From: Octopus bimaculoides
Taxonomy: Eukaryota
Reading direction: 5' to 3'
Assembly (NCBI RefSeq): GCF_001194135.2
Contig: NC_068983.1
Span: forward strand, 161,582,620-161,616,866
DNA: 34,247 bases
This document shows, in pieces, positions 1 through 10,300 of the stretch; positions within the stretch are counted from its first letter, which is position 1, and each line of letters starts with the position of its first letter. Made by a program: the position numbers and the translations under genes. The notes below the pieces were generated by a model. The model was given only the letters and a program-made list of their open reading frames with translations, was not told where the DNA came from and ran no database searches.

Positions 1-378
1 ACATTAAATTTCTAGAACAAACAACGGAACGCAGATTCTGAACAACATAACAATATTTATTTACAGTGGAATTCAGTTCACGCTTGGAGGGAATTCGGTA
101 GCTCGTCGCCCTCGGTTACTGAGACGCCTTCTGAATGATTTCCGTGGTTATTTGTGAAGCTCTGATGCTGACATGTGAGAGAGCTCTGTTGGACGTCTTG
201 GCTCGACGGAGATCAGTCAACGAAGAGACTGAGAAAAGGCACCAAAACTGGGTGTCGAACTCCACGCATGCGCATGAGACTCTTCCTGTATTCCTTCCGG
301 AACTAGTCCCTGCGCATGCGTGGATAAAACTCCAGACATTGAACATATAACAGTCGTCTGCTATAAGGTGTCACTACA
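1..378 (-). mobile_element. Probable LTR (5' TG end at 378; other end outside the window)
   Basis: GC/CpG-richer island. The minus strand begins TGTAGTGACACC, has an AATAAA (plus-strand tttatt at about 56-61) and returns abruptly to AT-rich DNA after 378. Confidence 0.5.
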
Positions 379-599
379 AGAGTAAAGCTATTAATATTAC
401 ATATAAAGAAAATAATATTAGAACTTAATTTTAGAGTCCTTCTTATACATCTTACTAATTTAAAATGACTACTTAATTGTTTTGTATTTGTCATCAACAG
501 TTAGACTTTTCAAATATTCCTGCCAAATAAAATTAGGAAGAAAGTGTTGTATTAGTCGTATCTGGGAAGAGAATTTTGTACAACAGAAAAAAAAAATGG

Positions 600-1135
600 G
601 GTTGGTAGGAGGTTGCTATATATTTCTTACCATCTCCACCCTTATTTGTATCTATCACTTGTTCTCCCCGACTTACATCCTTTACCCACCCTCCCTGATC
701 CTTCTATCTTCTGTGTCACCTTCATGGATACAAAGGGAACACATTTGCACCTTGTCACTACCGTCTCTATTTCTTTTTATCACCACACCATCCTCCATCT
801 ATTCCACCCATCCATACATAGTTCTGAATCGCTTCCACAATAATAAACTTGTTCCTCCCATTTATACTTTAACCTCTCCACACCTCACATAAAGCCACCA
901 CCTTCTCTCTCTCTCTCAATCTTGGAGATTTATTAGTCTTGCAAGTTACAAGGAGACCTCTAATGTTGACACCACAAACAATTACCCAGTATATTCTCTA
1001 AAGTGATTGCATTTGGAAGCATAGAAGCTTTCTAAAAACCAAGACTTTGACGCTAAATGTTATCCAACCCTTTGGATCCTAATGAACTTGTTCAACTCAT
1101 GGAAAGCAGATTTGAAATGATGCGAATGAGGATCA
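600..1135 (+). mobile_element. Old non-autonomous element: pyrimidine-rich body with degenerate RTE-type 3' tail
   Basis: Body resembles the reverse complement of 23820-24060 and 26270-26430; ends in catggaaagcagatttgaaatgatg, like the RTE tail. Confidence 0.4.
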
Positions 1136-1261
1136 TGAGCTCAGAATGTTATCACTTCTGTGATAATTCTTTGGACAGAATACAATTAATCTAGCTTAAT
1201 TTAATGCTTAAATGATGACATTTTTTTTTTTATGTTTATCTATTTTACTCTTTTCTTGAAG

Positions 1262-1382
1262 GTTCGAGACCATCCTATATATCATTTAATTAGAGCAAGA
1301 ATACAGAAAAAGCAAGGAGAGTTATCTGATGCTTTAGAGACTTTAAAATTTGCTATGAATCTTCCAGGAATGAAGACATCTG
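1262..1382 (+). CDS. TTC21B: TTC21B exon 1 of window: [40 protein letters not shown]
   Basis: T-rich tract, then ttgaag|GTT; donor G|gttaga (phase 1); resembles human [20 protein letters not shown]...AMSLPGMK. Confidence 0.93.
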
Positions 1383-4300
1383 GTTAGAACAGTTTGTTTT
1401 TCTTTTTCACACTTTTTCACTTGTGGTTTGTCTTTAAGTAAATCTATAGTTCTTCCACACTCAATACCAACATCTCACTTGCCTTTAATGTTGTTGAAAA
1501 AGACAGAAATAGTACAAAATATCATTTCTCTGCTTCTAAAAATATTTGTCCTTGTTCCTATGTAAAGAATCAATCTTCCATTCAAAGACAAAAATTGATC
1601 TCTGTGACAGGGATGGGAAAAGCTGGATACTAAAGGAAATTAGGGTATGATAAAGAGAAAAAAGGGGAATGCAGAGAAGCTAAGAAGCATCTGGAAATGC
1701 TCAGTATGAATATCAACTTGTGAAAGGTGGATACTCATCTGCTACACAATTCTCAGGAATAGTAGCAAAATCTACCTTAAATCACACTCTGCTATTGTAT
1801 ATAAGGAAAAGATGCATTCAATAATGTAGTTTTACATACTTCTAAAAAGACAGTGTGATGAGGGCTGAAATATGTTTTGTCATTGAACTGCTGAACATGG
1901 TTGATCTGTGGCAAAATACCCATAAAATAATTTGCAAAAATAGATTTCATATTAAAAAGATACTACTTTGTACCCCCAAAATACATACATGCACAGTTAT
2001 GGAAATAGAATAAAAACAAGATTTTTTTATGTCCTTTCACATACTGTACCCTCTACAATTACACATTTCTCCTTAATTTATATTCGTAGACTACACCTCT
2101 GTTGACATCATCACCATCATCATCATCATTTAACGTCCACTTTCCATGCAGGCTTGGTTTGGATGGTTCAATTGAGAACTGGCAAGCTAGGAGGCTGCAC
2201 CAGACTCCAATCTGACGTGGCAAGGTTTCTACAGTTGGATGCCCTTCCTAATGCCAACTACTCCAAGAGTATAGTGGAAGCTTTTTTTATGTGCCACCAG
2301 CATGAGAGCCACTCAGGCAGCACTGGCATTGACCACGTTCAAATGGTGCTTTTTATGTGCCACTGACACAGGAGCCAGTCAGGTGGCACTGGCATCGACC
2401 ACACTCAAATGGTGCTTTTTACGTGCCAATCAGGTAGCACTGGCATTGGCCACGCTTGAATAGTGCTTTTTACATGTCACTGTCACGGAAGCCAGTCAGG
2501 CAGCACTGGCATCAGCCACACTCGATTGGTGCTTTTTACATGTCACTAGCACAGGTGCCAGTCAGGCGGTACTGGCATTGGCCATGACGACAATTGAAGA
2601 GTACTCTTAAATGGGCCAGTTATGTGACACTGGCATTAGCCACGACCATGGTCTCACTTGGCTTGCCTGGTCTTCTCAAGCACAGCATATCTCCAAAGGT
2701 CTCAGACACTTGTCATTGCCTCTGTAAGGCCCACCATTCGAAGATTGTGCTTCACTATCTTGTCCCATATCTTCCTGAGTCTACCTGTTCCTCAGGTTCC
2801 CTCCACTGTTTGGGTGCAACACTTCTTCATACAGATATCCTCATCCATACACAACATATGACCATACCAACGTAGTTGTCTCTCTTGCACACCACATCTG
2901 ATGCTTCTTCTGTCCAACTTTTCTCTCAGAGCACTTACACTCTGTCATGTATGCACAATGACATTACACATCCAGCAGAGCATACTAGCTTCATTTCTTT
3001 CAAGCCTACACATGTCTTCAGCAGTCACAGCCCATGTCCTCAGCAGTTACAGCCCATGTTTCACTGCCATGCTGCATTGCTGTTCACACACTAGCATCAT
3101 ACAATCTGCCTTCCACTCTGAACGAGAAGCCCTTTGTTACCAGCAGAGTTAGAAGTTCTCTGAACTTTGCCCAGGTTATTCTTCTTTTAGCAGCTATGCT
3201 CTCAGAGCATCCCCTCCACCCCACCTACCACTACTGACTTAGTCAGCTAGGTAACAGAAGCTGTCAATTCCTTCCACTTTTTTTCTCCTGGCATGTGATG
3301 GAATCTGTTTTCTGTACATCTTCAGAGTTTATTGCACCTGTGCATCTGCCATGCATAAAAACTATCTTCCCCATTAACCTTCCTTTGATATTGCTGCATC
3401 TATTATGTGTCCATAGCTTACACCAGGTACATCTTATGGAGTTTCTACTTACGCCTTTTCTACAGATTGAGCAGGGCCATCTACCTGAAAGGGATTTGTG
3501 ATTTGTCTGCCTTCCTACTTACTAAGACTTTTGTTTTTGCTAGGTTAGCTCTAGGTTAACCCTTCGATTCTAGACCTTGCTTCCACATCTGAAACTTCTT
3601 CTCTAGTTCTGATAGTGACTCAGCTCTTAGAACAAGGTCATCAGCATAGAGAAGCTTCCAAGGGCAGCCTGTCTTAAATTCCTCTGTTATTGCATGAAGG
3701 ACTATGATGAATAAGAGGGGGCTGAGAACTGATCCTTGGTAAACCCCCACTTCTACCCAGAATTCTTCACTATACTCATTGCCAACCCTCACCTTACTGA
3801 CAGCAATCCTCTACAGGGCTTGTACAGCTTTCACCAATCACTCATCTATCCTTAGTTTCCAGATAAGAGATCGGGGAACTCTGTCAGAGGCTTTCTTCAT
3901 ATCAATAAAAGCCAAGTACAGAGGTTTATCTTTGTCTAGGAATTCTCCTGCAGCTGTCTTACCAGAAATACAGCATCAGAGGTGCTTCTCCCTGGCACAA
4001 ACCTAAACTGCATCTCATCTAAACTAACTCTCTCCCTAATTAGTTGGGCTATGACTCTCTCCGTGACTTTCATCACCTGATCCAACAATTTGATACCTCT
4101 GGAATTATTTCTATCTAATGCATCACCTTTACCTTTGTAGCAGTGAACTATGGTGCTGCTGCTACACTAGTCATTTTCTTCACTGATTCTATTGTTTCTT
4201 CTGCTGATGTGAATTTTTATTTATATTCTTTTGTTATTGAATTATTCTGAAGACAAAGTGACCAATAAAGAGAAGAACCAAATTTCTGTAAATGATAAAG

Positions 4301-7300
4301 TATCTGTCTTTCTGGAACTTGCTGACACACACAAGCTTCTTGGTGAACAGGTAAGGATGTCTAAAGTTTGTTTCTCAAAATATCTCTCCATAAAGTTCAC
4401 TTGTATGGCACAGAAACAAAAACAAGTTTCCACGGGTGACTGTATCCAACTTCTGGTTGACACTTTGATATAATGATCACTGTGATGCTACATATATACA
4501 TGCAGTTCCACAAACAGAGTTCATTACTTGAATTTACATTATGTAGATTATATTCTTTAATTTTAATGGACATATGTTGTCTTCTCAGATGATGAACCAA
4601 AGCAATATTGGATGTTTGTGGGTTTGTAGAATGCAAAGGTGGAAAGATAGATATTGTTCATTGCAAAAGAGATTTTTAAAGACTCTGACCGAGAAGATGA
4701 GACTAGCAGAAAGAAATTACTGACGAGAGATAAAGGAAGTGAGATTTCCTCTTATCAAAGAGTTATCAAATACACATTGATGTAGCTGCCATATAGCTCT
4801 GTGATTGACCCAGGGAACTGGGTCAACATTTGAGTATCAATGGCACCTACAAAATATACTATTATACATAAGGTCTGACATGGTTTCCGTAGCTACACTG
4901 CTTGTGTATTGATCAAACACTCCAGAGGAAGAAAAACAGTTTCGAGATGGGGCAACATCAGAAGGGTGAATATGATGAAAGGAGTATTATAAGGCCGATA
5001 GGACGCTATTGTGGAAATAATAATATATGAAGATTTAGTATCTATAGTGAAAAGAAGGGTCCAGTGAGGGGGAAAAAGAAGTGTAAGTAGAATATAAGAG
5101 ATAGAATTATTGGTGTTCTGTTAGCCTTTGTCAGCTAGTTTGATGACAATTTCTCTTCAGCTATCTGGCTGTTAAAGTGTATCAAATTCAGAGAGTGGTA
5201 TGCTCAGATGATCATGCTGTTTTCTGAACTTGAACACCTTTGAGTGTTGTTGATCCTTACTTGAGGATGAGTTAAACCAAGTTGTAAAAAAAAAAACTGC
5301 ATTTTTATCCAGTTTGAATTTTACCACTCAAGGTCCTTGTAAGTGTCTATTATTTCTTGTGTTGTTGTGGAAGAATATCTTCAACTGAGTCCAACAGAGG
5401 AGATGTTTGATGTAGTTTGAACACATGTTTTCATTCAACTTGTTGAGTTGGACATAATCTAGGCTTCTATTGATAATACCCTGCTCAATGTCAGGGACAG
5501 GAAAATCTTCTGTAATGGTAACAATTGTAGGACAAAGTTTCTGGTGCAAATAGAGTAGAATGCTGGATGGTGAACTGATGAAAGTTACGTTGAAGATAGA
5601 AAGACAGGTAAATTTCTCAGTGAGTTGATAACATTAGGTATGACTCTTACTTTAACTGTTCTTACATAGAACCTGCAGAGAAAGCTACATCTGTAAATCT
5701 ACCAAGCTAATAACTAAGCCTTATTTCAGATTAGCTTTTGTTTTTTGTTTTGTTTGTTTTTTTGGGGGTTTTTGTTTTTGTTTTTTTTTTTGCTCTCATT
5801 TTCTTCAATCATCATAGTGATAAATTTTCCCATTTATAAATTCCATATTTTATTTCTCTCTGCAGCATGAAGCAACTAAAGTAATGCAAGATGCAATAAA
5901 TGAATTTCAAGGCACACCTGAAGAAGTAAGAATCACAATCGCTAATGTTGACCTGGCTTTAGCTCGTGGTGATATTGAAATGGCAGTTGGTACCCTCAGA
6001 AATGTTGGTTCTGAGCAGCAGTACTTCATACAAGCCAGGGAGAAAATGGCAGATATCTATCTGAACTACAGAAAAAACAAGACACTTTATGCCAACTGTT
6101 ATCGGTATAAAATCTTTTTTTTTTCTTAAGAGGAACGGTTATGTTTCAAGAATCTTTGAGGATTATACTATGTATATAAATATTAAGTTTCCTTCTAGTA
6201 ATTTTATGAAAGTGTTTTAGTTTTTAACCATAACTGACTGTGATCAAAGTTTTAGGAAGTATTAGCAATTTGTTATAAGATATTACTATATGTATTGGTA
6301 TGACATAGTTTTTTTTTTATAGATATTTAGTATTTTCTGTACTGTACTGTAAATGCTGGTATGTAAAAAAGAATCTCATACTACTTTTTCTATTTAGAAA
6401 TAAGCATTTCTATTTGAGGGTATGATTGCATGTGAATATGTCATCAAGTACATTTTTTCAATGACTTAATAATTACTTCACTGATTGACTGAGTTTATAA
6501 AGTGTAGAACAGTCTCTTTTTGTGTCGTTAATTCTATCCTTTCAGTTGAATACATAACGATGTTTATGTTGTTTGCTGAACTAGTAAGTACATTAGAAAT
6601 TATCATTATAGTTTCATAGACACAGGCGTGGCTGTACAGTGAAGAAATTTGCTTTCCAACCACATGGTTCCAGGTTCAGTTCCATTGCACAGCACCTTGT
6701 CACATGTCTTCTACTATAGTCCCAGGCCAACCAAAGTCTTGTGGGTGGATTTGGCAGATAGAAACTTTATAAGACCATATGATGTTGTTAGGAGTGGCTG
6801 TGTGGTAAGTAGCTTGCTTACCAACCACGTGGTTCCGGGTTCAGTCCCACTACGTGGCACCTTGGGCAAGTGTCTTCTACTATAGCCTCGGGCCGACCAA
6901 AGCCTTGTGAGTGGATTTGGTAGACGGAAACTGAAAGAAGCCTGTCGTATATATGTATATATATGTATGTGTGTGTATATGTTTGCGTGTCTGTGTTTGA
7001 CAACCGATGCTGGTGTGTTTACGTCCCCGTAACTTAGCGGTTTGGCAAAAGAGACCGATAGAATAAGTATTAGGCTTACAAAGAATAAGTTCTGGGGTCG
7101 ATTTGCTCGACTAAAGGTGGTGCTCCAGCATGGCCACAGTCAAATGACTGAAACAAGTAAAAGAGTAAAAGAATATACATATATGTGTTTGTATGTGTGT
7201 GAATGCATGTGTGTGCATTCTTGATTGTGCAAGCGTTTGTTTGTCGTTGTCATTGCATTATTGTTGTAAATGAATGTCACTCATTTCCAATATTTTGTGA

Positions 7301-10300
7301 CAACACAATCTGGCCACGGGGAAGTATTACCTTCTTTGGAAACAGGTATGGGTCGGTGACAGGAAGAGCATCCAGCTGTAGAAAATTTGCCTCAGACTCC
7401 ATGTGACTCGTGCGCACACAGATAAGCGATGTTAAAAGGATAATGATGTTTCAATGATAGTAATAATTAACCATGATTATTATGAAATCAGTTACTGATT
7501 ACTTGTTGAACTATCTCAAATAAAATAAAAATCAAAGTCAAATGGCATTAATACAGAACTTGAACTTTGAGGATTATAAGAATGTATAGAATAGAAGATT
7601 GTTCCAATGTTAGTTTTTGGAAATTATGCCTGGATTTGGTATTGAGTCTAAGGAGAAGTACATTATGAATACTAAGAATTAGGGAAACAAGTACATTGAG
7701 TCATTTCAAATTATTGGGCGTGTTACAGTGTCAGTAATATGATTTCTTAATATAATGATATATCAGTGTTTAGTAATTGTCTCTGTAGAAGAATTTGTTG
7801 ATTGAGTAAAGATTTAATTGTGAATGTAATCCTGATTGATAATGGCTAAAGATTGGTGTTAGGGATGGAAGAGGCTATTATTATTCAAAGGTTCATTTCT
7901 ACTTTTCTCTTCAGAATGATTTATCAGCCTTCCACAAAATATTTCTTTTTAACCTGCTATGAAATGTTATTGGAGTTGAGACCCCCTTCGGTCATGACTG
8001 ACCATGGGATTGCACATAGAAAGTTACCCTCCGAGGCACAAGTCCGGGCAAGGTTGTTTATGGAAGACCAGCAGTCGCCTATGCCTGCCCTCTCCGTGCC
8101 ACCAGTGTTATCCAAGGGAAAGGCAAAGGCCGATACAACTTGGCACCAGTGATGTCGCAGCTCATTTCTACAAATGAGTGAACTGGAGCAACATGAAATA
8201 AAGTGTCTTGCTCAAGAACACAACACGCAGCCCGGTCTGGGATTCAAACTCACAACCTCGCGATCGTAAGCTCGACACTCTAACCACTGAGCCATTGGAG
8301 CAATCATAGAATATGTAGGAGCATGTACACAGTCCAGTTGGTTTTTGAGTTAGAGATTGTTAATGTAGAAGCCTGAATTAACGTTTTTTTATGTAGAAGA
8401 GACAATTAATGAAGGTGATACATATCAAATATGAAACATTACCTACGTGAAAAAGTTTTTCAAAGGAAACTAAGTGCTTAAGGTTTATGTATTTTAAGCT
8501 CAGAAATGAAGATTGGGATTTTTAGTTGTGAATTATCAATGAGCAAAGAGAAATGATGTATTTTTGTTTTCTGCTTATAAATGATGTTCTGTGTTTCAAC
8601 TGTAGAAAGACTGATACAATTCTATTAAAAAATATGTTCAAGGTTTTATTAGTGTACTTCTGACCTATCAGCTTCTTTTGTGACTCAGTTTTGAAACATT
8701 TTTGGTTATGATTTATGTACCTGGAAGGTCTCTCATTTTGTCTTTGCATTTGTAGCTGTTTATATGATTCTAATTTCTTCCTCTTATTATATTTCAGAGA
8801 ATTGGCCGAAAGAAAGCCTAGTGTTCACACTTCTTTATTACTTGGTGATGCTTATATGAGTATTCAAGAGGTGAGTCCATTATTTGAAAGCTTAGATATA
8901 GCATAAATACTTAATCCTTTAAGCTCCAGTACTTATTTTCCCATGTATCAGAATAGTAGAAAAAGCTTTCTATGTTTTTGCCCTAAGTAGATTTTTAATA
9001 AAATCTTACTAATAAATGCTTTTCATGGATAAACAATTCCTTATGCTTCAGTTTTATCGAACATTTTAAACAGCATTTGTTCTGCATTAATTATTGAGAT
9101 TTTTATAGAAATATGAAAGAAACTAAAGCATTCAGAATTATTTACCCACAAAAGCAGTTTATAAGTTAAAAAATTGTTGGTGCACATATGGGGCTGGAAT
9201 GAGGGCTTAAAAAGTTTAAAAATTAGATTAGATCTTATTTGGTGACTGAAATATTACTGAAAGACTATTAACATATTTTGAGGAACAGTTTAATATTGAG
9301 GAATTTTTTTTTTTCCAGCCTTCTTTATTTTATACGGACCATTGAAAAATGAATGACTAAATGATTCTTTATGCAAATAATATACTTATCATTGAGTTAG
9401 TTCAAAGACTATAGATTTTTTAACATAAGAGATTAATATTAGTATGACATGACTGATTTTATAAAAGGTAAAGTTTGCTGTGTTCTTGGGTATGTAACAA
9501 TCTAGCAATATTCTAATTGTGAGCTTTAATTTTAATTTGCAGAGAAATAATATTAAGTACAGTGAAGTGGTTGACTTAATCAAAAAAGTGCATTGTTGCT
9601 CATTCTGGGATTTATATTTCTATCTCAATTAGTTGACATTATTTTGCAAATGTAGACTAGTGCTGGTGCTACATAAAAAGCACCTAGTACACTCTGTTAA
9701 GTGGTTGGCATTAGAAAGGGCATACAGCTGTGGAAACCATGCCAAAACAGACATAGAATCTGGCAGAATTTCTGACTCGTCTGTTCTTGTTAAACTGTCC
9801 AACCCATGCCATCATGGAAAAGAGTACGTTAAATAATGATGATGAGAGAAGCTGGTGTTTTTGATATTGAGGAAGATAATAAGGATGATTCACATTATTC
9901 AAATTTCAATATTCATATCTTTCTTGTCAGCCTGACAAAGCAATAGATATTTATGAAGAGGCACTGAAAATGAATCCAAAGGACACAACTCTTGCACATA
10001 AGATTGGCAAAGCTTTGGTGAAAACTCATCAGTATGGAAAGGTAAGTGCTGTTCATACCTTTTTGATCCCTTTTACTCTTTTACTTGTTTCAGTCATTTG
10101 ACTGCGGCCATGCTGGAGCACCGCCTTTAGTCGAGCAAATCGACCTCGGGACTTATTCTTTGTAAGCCTAGTACTTATTCTATCGGTCTCTTTTGCCGAA
10201 CCGCTAAGTTACGGGGACATAAACACATCAGCATTGGTTGTCAAGCGATGCTAGGGGGACAANNNNNNNNNNATATATATATATATATATATATATATGT

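Noticed and set aside
116-350. Short overlapping ORFs at the window start
   Set aside because: Inside the putative LTR; no recognisable domain or splice context.
2280-2590. Repeat array superficially like a CRISPR
   Set aside because: Units are contiguous with no unique spacers, lie in a retrotransposon UTR, and the DNA is eukaryotic with no cas genes.
2594-3501. Several plus-strand ORFs of 67-93 aa
   Set aside because: Antisense to the decayed RTE ORF2.
6790-6870. tRNA-like A/B boxes as tRNA genes (also 8210-8296 and 30517-30600)
   Set aside because: No complete cloverleaf; each continues into a SINE body.
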